A stretch of DNA of 64,000 nucleotides from Planctomycetota bacterium. GTDB lineage: Bacteria; Planctomycetota; B15-G4. Both the position numbers and the translations under genes were made by a program. The number at the start of each line of letters is the position of its first letter. The first letter of the stretch is position 1. The stretch covers positions 86,398 to 150,397 of the forward strand of contig JAQWOM010000009.1 in assembly GCA_029245865.1 (NCBI GenBank). Direction: 5' to 3'. The notes below the pieces were generated by a model. It saw nothing but the letters and a program-made list of their open reading frames with translations. It made no database searches and was not told the DNA's origin. This document shows, piece after piece, positions 9,297-18,005 of the stretch.

Positions 9297-10982
9297 TCAC
9301 CGGGACCGTTCACCCGGCGGGCGGCTCGGTGGTGGATTCCCCACCTCCTTCGCGTCGAGAAGAGCACTCGCCCCCTTCACCTGGCGCACATGGTGTCGGA
9401 TCTCCGCAAGCGCCACTTTCTGTTCTTCGATCGTCTTGTAGGCATCGAAGGGAATGTCCTGCACGGCCTCAAGAGAAGATTGCAAGACGTACAAAGCCGC
9501 AGTCCGCAGTGGTGGGTCGAGACTCTCGTTCTCGAGTTGCTTCAACATGGCAGCGGCAATCCGACCGTCAAACAACTCGCGACACGCCAGAACGACGGCC
9601 GGGTGAATCGGCTGAAGGCTGATTTTGTGAATCAGCCATTTTCGGTCTCGACGCGCCTTGTGCCTCTCGACCGAGGAGAGTCGACTGTCTGCCGGTGCAG
9701 ATCGCCGTAAGGCGGCAATCTCGTCCAGCCAATCGTCTCCAAACGTTGCCACGGTCACACTGAGCCGGAGAGTCTCATCTGCTTCGGGGTCCTCCACGGG
9801 CAACTCAAAGGCCGTCCCACCTCCCAGATTTGCGATCGACTGGAACGCATCCCGAGCTCGCATCTGATTCTCGGTGGGCCTCTCGAATTCTCCAGCAGAG
9901 ACGTAAATGGTGTTCACCAAAGAGTGGCTGACGCGCGCAAAACTGCGGACAACTGCGTTCGCTGCTCCACGATCCTCGTCATGATAAGGCGCATCACCTA
10001 CCAGGAGAATCACGCGGCGAGCTCCCTTCCTCCATGACATCTGTTGTGTGGCCACATCAAGTCCGACCTCAACAGCCTCTTCGAAATCTGGGAGATTCCG
10101 CCGTCCACCTCGGGCCTGCAAGCCCTGAAGAAAACTGTGGATGTAATAGCGGTCCGTGGTGAGGTCCGCGTAACGCGTGACCCACTCATCACCAAGATCG
10201 CGGTAGGCCACCAAGCCAATGCGCAACGAAGGCACGACCGTTGCGAGATCTTGGATGATGTCGTCAATCGCACCACGCGCACGATCAATAAAGCGCTGCA
10301 TGCTGCCCGTCGCATCGATGACAAACACAACGTCGAGACCTCGGTTCCGTAGATCGGTGAGGAAGCCGCGAAAAGGTGAGTCGCCTGCACCGATCGCATC
10401 CAGGCCCTCGGGAATGCTCCACCCGCTCGGAGAGCGCGCGCGATAACCATGCCCACGACTGGACGAACCCCCAAGTCCAATCAGATTCAGGTCCATTCCG
10501 CTTGGCCGGTCATCAGCTTCAAGCGTTTCCTCGGGGACAATCACCTCGACCTCCGGCGGAGAAATGTCGAGCGTCTCGGGTTCCTCCGGCTCCGGCAACG
10601 GAGGCTCCACCTCCGGCGGCTCGAAATCATCCGAGTCTTCCAGGGAAGCCATCAGTGTCGACGGTTCCGCATCAGCACGTGGTCCGGGCAGCAAGTAAGT
10701 GAAGATGGTCCAGCCCGCAGCCCCGTGCAGCAAAAGCGAAAAGAGAAAGATCGGTAGTGAGCGTTTCCACGCACGATGAATGGCTTGCCGACGACCTGCA
10801 GCCCGGTCCACTCCCACAACCACCGCAGGGACTGGCGCCGAAGCCCCTCTTCCCACCGAATGTCTCGATGCAAGCCAAGCGCCCCCGCCATCTCTTCCAG
10901 CCCTCTTCAGCTTCTCAGGGCCCGGACCGCCGGACACATCGTCCCTGGGGTGTCCGGTGGGTTCAGGTTTCTTGGAATCCAT
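9297..10982 (-). CDS. Membrane-anchored von Willebrand factor A (VWA) domain protein
   Basis: 561 aa. One TM helix (LPIFLFSLLLHGAAGWTIFTYLL). Acidic P/E-rich linker. VWA MIDAS motif DVVFVIDATGSMQ. Confidence 0.75.
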   Translation of the reverse strand: MDSKKPEPTGHPRDDVSGGPGPEKLKRAGRDGGGAWLASRHSVGRGASAPVPAVVVGVDRAAGRRQAIHRAWKRSLPIFLFSLLLHGAAGWTIFTYLLPGPRADAEPSTLMASLEDSDDFEPPEVEPPLPEPEEPETLDISPPEVEVIVPEETLEADDRPSGMDLNLIGLGGSSSRGHGYRARSPSGWSIPEGLDAIGAGDSPFRGFLTDLRNRGLDVVFVIDATGSMQRFIDRARGAIDDIIQDLATVVPSLRIGLVAYRDLGDEWVTRYADLTTDRYYIHSFLQGLQARGGRRNLPDFEEAVEVGLDVATQQMSWRKGARRVILLVGDAPYHDEDRGAANAVVRSFARVSHSLVNTIYVSAGEFERPTENQMRARDAFQSIANLGGGTAFELPVEDPEADETLRLSVTVATFGDDWLDEIAALRRSAPADSRLSSVERHKARRDRKWLIHKISLQPIHPAVVLACRELFDGRIAAAMLKQLENESLDPPLRTAALYVLQSSLEAVQDIPFDAYKTIEEQKVALAEIRHHVRQVKGASALLDAKEVGNPPPSRPPGERSR

Positions 10983-11066
10983 GGCAACTCGTGGGGTCGC
11001 TCTGGGGAGCTAGCTTCCTATCATGACCCAGCCCGACTGCATTCGCCGCACCCGCCTCTCGATCCC

Positions 11067-11624
11067 ATGCCCGAATCGAATCAACCGATCATTGCAGGTG
11101 GCATCTTCCGGGGCCGTCGCCTTGTGGTGCCACCAGGACGTGGAACCCGCCCTATGCGCTCTATGGTTCGGCAAGCGCTGTTCAACATGCTGACCTCTGT
11201 CCTGCCAGAAGCCCGGATTCTGGATCTCTACTCGGGATCGGGCGCACTGGGTCTGGAGGCGCTCAGCCGGGGCGCGGAGTACGTCCAATTCGTCGAAAAG
11301 GGCCGCGCCGCGCTTCTCGCCTTGCGACAAAATGTCGCCGCCTGCGCGTTGAACACAGATCAGGCCCAGATTCTGGCGCTCGACGCCAAGCGTTACCAGG
11401 CCACGGGGCACGAAGGCTACACGCTGATTCATGCCGACCCTCCCTTTGTCGACGAGGATCCGCTTCCAGAAAGCCTGGAGAGCCCCGGTGTCTTGGCTGA
11501 GGACGCCGTGTTGGCCTGGCATGCACCGGCCGAACGTCCCCCTGTACGGCATCTGGCTGGCTGGACTCTGGACCGTACGCGTGTTCATGGCCGCTCCGCC
11601 TTGCATCTGTACATGCGCTCCTGA
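11067..11624 (+). CDS. rsmD: 16S rRNA (guanine966-N2)-methyltransferase RsmD
   Basis: ILDLYSGSGALGLEALSRGA, and DPPF in the ...IHADPPFV... segment. Start placed at MPESNQPIIAGGIFRGRRL (ATG 11067), rejecting the ORF-track N-extension from 10776. Confidence 0.8.
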   Translation: MPESNQPIIAGGIFRGRRLVVPPGRGTRPMRSMVRQALFNMLTSVLPEARILDLYSGSGALGLEALSRGAEYVQFVEKGRAALLALRQNVAACALNTDQAQILALDAKRYQATGHEGYTLIHADPPFVDEDPLPESLESPGVLAEDAVLAWHAPAERPPVRHLAGWTLDRTRVHGRSALHLYMRS

Positions 11625-11808
11625 GCGCACCGACGGTCCAGTTTGAACCGAGCGCGCCCTCGGTCGGGATGAGTTCACTGCGGGCTCAGATCTTCCCGCT
11701 AACCCCCTGGAAGCCCTGTTCTGCACCCATCCGACATATCCCTTCAAGTATTTATAAACCGACCTCGATATACACGGTGGTCCTCCCCAACACGATGGAA
11801 TCACCCGA

Positions 11809-12003
11809 ATGCATGAGAAAACCCTCAACTGGAGCAAGCTCCAACAGTATCGCCGCCAGATGTCTGGAGAGCCGGACGAAGAGATGATCGACCGCCAGAT
11901 CGCCATCTGGAGGGATCGACTCTCAACCGACAGCGAATTCACCGAAGCGGCACTCGACAGGGAACTGGTGAAGCTCCTCGAGAAGATCCACCACGCCTTT
12001 TAA
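11809..12003 (+). CDS. Possible small protein (64 aa), hypothetical
   Basis: Clean GC3-rich codon usage. Preceded by the only AT-rich promoter-like stretch of the region (about 11740-11790, tatttataaa...gatatacac). No homology recognised. Confidence 0.35.
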   Translation: MHEKTLNWSKLQQYRRQMSGEPDEEMIDRQIAIWRDRLSTDSEFTEAALDRELVKLLEKIHHAF

Positions 12004-12206
12004 GACAGATGTGGGTGGCCGGCGTCCTCGACGGCGGCCACCCACGGATCTCTCCAGAGAAAGGTCTTCGCGCCAGACTTGCGCTCTTTCTCGCTTCTGG
12101 GAGACTGAGGGGTCGCTCCTGCATCGCCAAAGCAAGAGGCTGGGAGCGGCGAAGGTGGCGAGTTGTCGCCCTGCGTTGTGCCCTCTGCTGACCTGAACGA
12201 ACTCCC

Positions 12207-13013
12207 ATGCCCCTCGAACGTCTCCAGAAAGTCATGGCCGCCTGCGGTGTCGGCTCACGTCGCGCCTGCGAAACCATGATCACCGAAGGCCGAGTCGAAG
12301 TGGACGGCAAGATCGTCACGGAACTCGGCACCCGCATCGACGCCGACACCCAGACACTTCGCTGTGATGGCGAGCGCATCAGTGCGCCGCGGCGTTTCTA
12401 CTACATGCTCAACAAGCCAAAAGGTGTCATCTGCAGCCAGAAGGGTGACCCGGAGCGACCCCGTGCTGTGGACTTTGTTCCGAGTCGTGTTCGCGACCAC
12501 CGCTTGTTCACCATCGGCCGACTCGACGTAGAGTCCGAAGGTGCCATCATTCTGACCAACGATGGCGACCTCTGTCATCGCGTCACGCACCCCAGCTTCC
12601 AGGTCTCGAAGAGCTATCTTGTTGAGATTGAAGGCGCGCCGGACAACGAAACCATTGCCAAGATGCGCAAAGGCGTCTGGCTCGCCGAGGGTCGAACGGG
12701 CTCACTCGAAATTCGCGTTGTGAAACGGCATCGAAATCGCACGCACCTCGAGATTCGTCTCAACGAGGGGATGAAGCGAGAAATCCGACGCGTCTGCGCT
12801 CGCTTCGGCCATGAAGTGCGCAGACTCGTGCGCGTCTCGATTGGACCCGTCGACATAGGGGTCCTCGAACCGGGCGAAACACGAGAGCTCAGCCCTGAAG
12901 AAGTGTCGGCTCTGCGCGACAGCTCCGAGGTGGTCATTCGTCTCGGGTCGAAGCCTCCATCCAAGGCATTCCACCGCACACGCAGCCGCCGCCGCACACC
13001 CCCTCAAGACTGA
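12207..13013 (+). CDS. rluB: 23S rRNA pseudouridine synthase, RluB/RsuA family
   Basis: 268 aa. N-terminal S4 domain. Catalytic motif RLFTIGRLDVESEGAIILTNDG. Basic C-terminal tail. Confidence 0.85.
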   Translation: MPLERLQKVMAACGVGSRRACETMITEGRVEVDGKIVTELGTRIDADTQTLRCDGERISAPRRFYYMLNKPKGVICSQKGDPERPRAVDFVPSRVRDHRLFTIGRLDVESEGAIILTNDGDLCHRVTHPSFQVSKSYLVEIEGAPDNETIAKMRKGVWLAEGRTGSLEIRVVKRHRNRTHLEIRLNEGMKREIRRVCARFGHEVRRLVRVSIGPVDIGVLEPGETRELSPEEVSALRDSSEVVIRLGSKPPSKAFHRTRSRRRTPPQD

Positions 13014-13022
13014 GAGCCCCTG

Positions 13023-15944
13023 TCAGGGCACCCGGACTCGAAGCCGTCCCAGCACCTCAGCCCACGGCGAACCCACCGGCAACTGGTCCAGAAGCTGGTC
13101 TGCAATTGGCCCGGCATCGGCGTCCTTCTCGAGCAATCCGAGCCCCACAGCCTGCAGATCCGGCAAACCCTTGCCATCCGTCTGATCGAGCAGTCGCCTG
13201 AGCATCCGCGCTGCGCCCTCATCCCGGCCGGCAAGCAACAAGGCCGTCCCGTAGTCGAGAAGCACCGCCCGGTCGGCCGGCTGAACGGCATACACCTGCC
13301 CCAGCAGATCCGCAGCCTCTTCAACCATCTCCATCTGAAGAAAGAGTTTGCCGAGCACACCTGCCAGAGCCGCATCGTTCATCACTTCAAGTGCCGCACT
13401 GAGTAAATGAGCACCTTTCAGGGCGTCACCCTGCACCGCGAGACTCCGCGCCCACTCGACCAGTGCGCGACGAACATCAGCGTGCCCTGGTGCCACCCGC
13501 CAGGCTTCGATGAGTGACGCAGACGACAGCACTTCGAGAGGACCGCGCTGGTCTTCTCCGGACACCGGAAGACGGGACCACTGCAGCATCGCGGCTCGCG
13601 CCAGCAACAAGCCCTGCAAGGCACCGCTGCGAGCTCTGAGCTCGACCCCCAGATACTTATCTTCTCGAGGGTCGATGGGTGGCCGGTCGAGAGATGACGT
13701 GTCCAGAGGAGTCGTCAACTCGGACAGCAAACGCATGTTGGTGGCACCGATCCATGCTTCATCATCATGACGACCGAGACTTTCGATCTCCGAGACAGGC
13801 CGTGCACGCGTCGCAGGTTCCACATCCATGAAGGACGTGCCGAGTCCCCAGGAGTCTGTCACATACAGATCGTAGACATCCGCAACCGTGTGTGGGCCCA
13901 GGGGCGAAGGAGAGGAGGCCAGCAACTCGTTGATTCGATCTCCTCGTGGAAGACCACGGACCATCCCCCCCACAAGAGCAACCAGCGGACGGTTGGCCAG
14001 AGGCGTCGCAACGAACAGTCGCGCCGTGGGGAAGACGTCCAGAAAGGCTTGTGTCACGGCCCCGAACGCCGGCCATGGGATCTGGTGCAAGGGCAGCCAC
14101 TGCACGACAACGCCCTCAGGTTTCAGCGCACGGCGAAGCGCAGAAAAGCTTTCTCGCGCCAGCAAATCGCCTGCGCCGGTCACCCACGGGAAATACAGGT
14201 CGCCCACGATCAGGTCATAGGTGTCCGGATGCTCCGCGACCCAGGTTCGGGCGTCGGCGTGCACGATCGTCGGAGGCTCCGCAAGGGGTCCCACACCGTC
14301 CGTGTCCGGAAGATCCAGGCCGAGTTCCAGAATCTGTGCATTGCGTTCCACGCATTCCACCTGAGCAGCGGTGGTCGATGCGAAACCGGCCAACGTCTGT
14401 CCGCGCCCCAGTCCCAGAACCAGCGCGCGCTCCGCATCCGGATGAAAACACGCCGCGAGACGACCCATTCTCTGCTCAAGCGCCGCTCCGGCGGAACCGC
14501 CCAGCCCGAAACGGTTGTCGAGCTTCAACCTCAACTCCCCATCCTGGGTGGTCACCAGGCTCACCACGCCATAGGGCCCTTCAAGCTGCCGAACAAGTCG
14601 TGCATCCTCTGCATCAGCTCGCCACGGCATCTGCATGATCGGCATTCGCCAGGCCAGAGTGGCTCCCGCGGCCAGCAACAACAGGACGAACACTGAAGAG
14701 GCTCGATGCCGTGGCCCACCGAGTCCACGCAGCGCGAGAAACGCCCCCGCGGCGAGAGCAAGCGTCGTCATGAGTTGCAACGCGGGGCCCGTCCCCCATG
14801 CAGGTGACGGAACAAGCCACATGCCGTAGCCATAGCCGCCTGCCACTCCACCCAGCGTGGACCAGGCCGCCAGGTCTCCGACCCACGAACCGAATCGACC
14901 TGCCTCTCGCGTCCGAGAACGACTGGCTGCCGTGACGAGAGAGCCCGCCCCCACTCCAAGAATCACGGTGGTCACCAGCGGAAGCTCCCACCCGCTCCAG
15001 CTGATGAACGCGCCAGGAAACGATTGTGTGATCGCGGGCATGAGCAGAGCCATACCCGCCAGACCCAGCAGCAGAGCCACCAGTCCGCGCGCTGCGAACC
15101 ACGCCAAAGGACACGCCATCCACAAGGCTCCGGCAGCCATGCCCAAGTGAACGCCGACCAGAACCCGTGATGTCGTGATGACGCTGTCCCCCGCTTGCTG
15201 AGCGATCACCCGCAGGATGGCGAGTTGACCGCCGACCAGCAGGGCGCCTCCGAGGAAGGCCGCAAGACCCAGGTCGAACCCTCGAGAGACCTGCTCTGCC
15301 TCTGCTTCTGCCTCTACTGCGACGGCGGGGCACGGAGGTTCCACAGGCATCACTCTCTGTGCCACTTGCAACGCCCAGGCTAGAAGGGCCCCCGCGGCCA
15401 GCGCTGCCGCCGCAAGGGTGCCGGGTGCGCCACCACCTTGAAAAAGGGGCACCCACCACCACGCACCCAGGGCGCCACCCAGTCCAACAGCCACCGCCAC
15501 CCCCCCGGTGGCACGCGCCGGCAACAAACCCTCTGCGCGACGCAAACGTGTGAAAAGCGGGAACGCCCCGCCGAGACCAAATGCCGCCGGGACAACCGGG
15601 ACCCCGCCCAGCGCGAGACGCATCCAGACCGCGTTGACCGAACCGGAGAGTGGCAAGAGTTCCATGAGCCAGGGCACCGCCAGCACGGCGAGCGCCGAGG
15701 CCCCGAGCCAGCGGGCTGCAAGCCCGAGGTGTTCTTGAGTCTGCGACTCGCGGCGGTCGGCGAGACGACCCGCCACCATCGACCCTGCGCTCCACGCCAG
15801 CATGAACACGGGCACGACAAGAGCCGCAGCAGGAACGCTCCCGGGTAGCGCGGCAGCGGCCGAGCGCAACCACGTCAGTTCCAGCAGAGTGCTCGCCAAA
15901 CCGGCCAGAAGCGCACTGATCAAACAGAGTAAAGAGGCATTCAC
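13023..15944 (-). CDS. Fusion protein: polytopic membrane domain + spermidine synthase-like methyltransferase domain + C-terminal TPR
   Basis: 973 aa. About 440 aa of TM helices, then the SpeE-like core (LVLGLGRGQTLAGF...LIVGDLYFPW...LKPEGVVVQWLPL), then TPR-like C-terminus. Confidence 0.7.
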   Translation of the reverse strand: MNASLLCLISALLAGLASTLLELTWLRSAAAALPGSVPAAALVVPVFMLAWSAGSMVAGRLADRRESQTQEHLGLAARWLGASALAVLAVPWLMELLPLSGSVNAVWMRLALGGVPVVPAAFGLGGAFPLFTRLRRAEGLLPARATGGVAVAVGLGGALGAWWWVPLFQGGGAPGTLAAAALAAGALLAWALQVAQRVMPVEPPCPAVAVEAEAEAEQVSRGFDLGLAAFLGGALLVGGQLAILRVIAQQAGDSVITTSRVLVGVHLGMAAGALWMACPLAWFAARGLVALLLGLAGMALLMPAITQSFPGAFISWSGWELPLVTTVILGVGAGSLVTAASRSRTREAGRFGSWVGDLAAWSTLGGVAGGYGYGMWLVPSPAWGTGPALQLMTTLALAAGAFLALRGLGGPRHRASSVFVLLLLAAGATLAWRMPIMQMPWRADAEDARLVRQLEGPYGVVSLVTTQDGELRLKLDNRFGLGGSAGAALEQRMGRLAACFHPDAERALVLGLGRGQTLAGFASTTAAQVECVERNAQILELGLDLPDTDGVGPLAEPPTIVHADARTWVAEHPDTYDLIVGDLYFPWVTGAGDLLARESFSALRRALKPEGVVVQWLPLHQIPWPAFGAVTQAFLDVFPTARLFVATPLANRPLVALVGGMVRGLPRGDRINELLASSPSPLGPHTVADVYDLYVTDSWGLGTSFMDVEPATRARPVSEIESLGRHDDEAWIGATNMRLLSELTTPLDTSSLDRPPIDPREDKYLGVELRARSGALQGLLLARAAMLQWSRLPVSGEDQRGPLEVLSSASLIEAWRVAPGHADVRRALVEWARSLAVQGDALKGAHLLSAALEVMNDAALAGVLGKLFLQMEMVEEAADLLGQVYAVQPADRAVLLDYGTALLLAGRDEGAARMLRRLLDQTDGKGLPDLQAVGLGLLEKDADAGPIADQLLDQLPVGSPWAEVLGRLRVRVP

Positions 15945-17260
15945 GGCAATCGTTCAGACGGCGAAGGAGGCAGCAACAGACCCACTAGGTGTAGCGAACC
16001 TGTCACCGTAATCCGGACGTTCTCCGGACTCTCCTTCGGAGAGGGGACTCGAGCCTGTGCCAATCGACGCCCCAAGGCCAGTGCCCGGTGCGGGTCTGGC
16101 TCGATGAAGAGCTCTCCTCCAGAGGTGCCATGCTTCACTTCGGCCTTCTTTTTCAGGGCTTCAGCCATCTGCTCGGGATCGACTCCCCGTTCACCGGGTG
16201 CCCGGGTGAGCACGAGGGGTTGTGCGACCGGGCGCAGGGCCGCCGCCATGGCCACACCATCACGCCCCGAGGTCACACCCAGGATCACGGGTCCCGGCAC
16301 CCTCTCCGCGAGTCTTTTGGCGAGGGCGCCAGCGGCTGCCACGGTGTGAGCTCCGTCGTACAGGACACCCTCACGAAGGTCATCACGCCCTTCAATCGAT
16401 TGGACGAATGCCGCGGCACACGCCTTTTTGAGTGACGCCGGCTCCAGGCCGCGCCCCAGGCTCAACTCCTCGAGGACCGCGGCAACAAGCGCCTCGTTGC
16501 GAGCATCTACGAGGCCTCGCTCGGTCTCCGGAGACGGATCCACGAGCCGCACGGGGCAGCTTCGTTTCTCTGCGGCAGCAAGCACCACCTCACGTGCCTC
16601 GTCAGGAAGCCAGCTGCCACAGACCAGGGGCACCCCTGGCCGCAGAATGCCGGCCTTTTCCTGGGCGATTTCGGCCAGTGTGTTCCCCAGAACAGCCGTG
16701 TGCTCGAGGCTGACCGTCGTCAAGACGCAAAGATCAGCGGGTAACACACGCGTCGCATCGAGCCGCCCGCCAAGACCTGTCTCCCAGACAGCGGCTCCCA
16801 CACCAGCCCGTCCGAACAGAACCAGTGCTGTGGCGGTGAGTGCTTCGAACCAGCTCGGTTTCAGGCCCCCGGACGCCATGGCAGCGCAAACGGTGTCGAC
16901 AGAAGATCTCAGCAGCTCTGGCTCTGGAAGCATGCCATCAATGCACAGACGCTCCGCAGGTTGCCGTAGGTGCGGCGAGGTGTAGGTCCCCACCCGCAAG
17001 CCTGCCGCAGCCAGCCCAGCAGCAATTCTCACGGTGACGCTCGTTTTTCCTTCGCTCCCGGCGACATGGACGCAGAGCGGGGGCCGTCCAGCAGGCCCCT
17101 CCATGCCCCCATTTTTCAGCGCCCTGAGCAGCGCCTCCATGGTCTCCAGTCCCACAGAATGCTGCCCCGCGTGGAAGCTCTGGCTGCGCTCCAGATTCAA
17201 CAAGTCGTCAAATGCGGACAACGGATCGGAGGTGGGTGTCACGGAAGGCATGCTTGTCAC
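15941..17260 (-). CDS. folC: Bifunctional folylpolyglutamate synthase / dihydrofolate synthase (Mur ligase family)
   Basis: 439 aa. P-loop HVAGSEGKTS and Mur-ligase middle-domain pattern. 4-nt overlap with the downstream gene. Confidence 0.8.
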   Translation of the reverse strand: MTSMPSVTPTSDPLSAFDDLLNLERSQSFHAGQHSVGLETMEALLRALKNGGMEGPAGRPPLCVHVAGSEGKTSVTVRIAAGLAAAGLRVGTYTSPHLRQPAERLCIDGMLPEPELLRSSVDTVCAAMASGGLKPSWFEALTATALVLFGRAGVGAAVWETGLGGRLDATRVLPADLCVLTTVSLEHTAVLGNTLAEIAQEKAGILRPGVPLVCGSWLPDEAREVVLAAAEKRSCPVRLVDPSPETERGLVDARNEALVAAVLEELSLGRGLEPASLKKACAAAFVQSIEGRDDLREGVLYDGAHTVAAAGALAKRLAERVPGPVILGVTSGRDGVAMAAALRPVAQPLVLTRAPGERGVDPEQMAEALKKKAEVKHGTSGGELFIEPDPHRALALGRRLAQARVPSPKESPENVRITVTGSLHLVGLLLPPSPSERLP

Positions 17261-17274
17261 TATAATCTCGACAC

Positions 17275-17994
17275 ATGCGGCCCTTCATCGGTGTGACTTG
17301 CAGCGCGGACCCAGACGGGCGCCCCATCGTGCGGCCGCCCTACATCCAGGCGCTCCATGAAGCCGGCGCAATCCCCGTCCCGCTGCCCTTCTTGGCCTCT
17401 CAAGAGGAAGTGGCCGCTGACGCAGAACTGGCCAAAATCTTTGCTCGCCTGGACGGAATGCTCCTCACCGGGAGTGAGGACCTCGACAGCGCCTTGTGGG
17501 AAGAGCCACTTCATCCGCGCGCCGACCTCATGCACCCCTCGCGCCAGGCTACCGAGCTTGCTGTATGCCGGGCTGTCCTTGCAGCCGATCTGCCCTGTCT
17601 TGCCATCTGTGGTGGTATGCAGACTCTGAACGTCGTGGCCGGCGGAAGCGTGATTCAGCATGTGCCCGACCTGGGAGCCCACGTGCTCGACCATTCCGTG
17701 GGCGTGGACGGCCCCCATCACGCGATACGCGCCGCCGAAGGCACTCTCACCGCACGCTTGCTCTCGCCCTCTTTCCAAACGAACACAGCCCACCACCAGG
17801 CACTCGGGCGCCTCGGCGAGGGCTTCATCGCAACGGCCTGGGCAGAAGACAAAATCATCGAAGCCTGCGAAGCACCTGACCGGCGCTTCATTCTTGGCGT
17901 TCAGTGGCATCCCGAGCGCATGCAAAACAAAACCGAACAGCGCGCACTTTTTCATGCGCTCGTCGACGCTTGCTCCCCCGTGGCAACGATCTAA
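17275..17994 (+). CDS. Gamma-glutamyl-GABA hydrolase-like class I glutamine amidotransferase (peptidase C26)
   Basis: 239 aa. Catalytic Cys in LAICGGMQTLN and hallmark GVQWHPE. Confidence 0.8.
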   Translation: MRPFIGVTCSADPDGRPIVRPPYIQALHEAGAIPVPLPFLASQEEVAADAELAKIFARLDGMLLTGSEDLDSALWEEPLHPRADLMHPSRQATELAVCRAVLAADLPCLAICGGMQTLNVVAGGSVIQHVPDLGAHVLDHSVGVDGPHHAIRAAEGTLTARLLSPSFQTNTAHHQALGRLGEGFIATAWAEDKIIEACEAPDRRFILGVQWHPERMQNKTEQRALFHALVDACSPVATI

Positions 17995-18005
17995 CCGGAG
18001 TCTTT

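Noticed and set aside
11010-11942. 310-aa ORF on the minus strand
   Set aside because: It lies entirely antisense to rsmD and the downstream AT-rich region. It is Arg/Ser/Pro-rich with no recognisable motifs, and is a typical spurious long ORF of a high-GC genome.
14614-15873. 419-aa ORF on the minus strand in another frame of the membrane-SpeE-TPR gene
   Set aside because: Extremely Gly/Arg/Ser-rich, with no domain signatures. It sits in an alternate frame of a confidently coding region.
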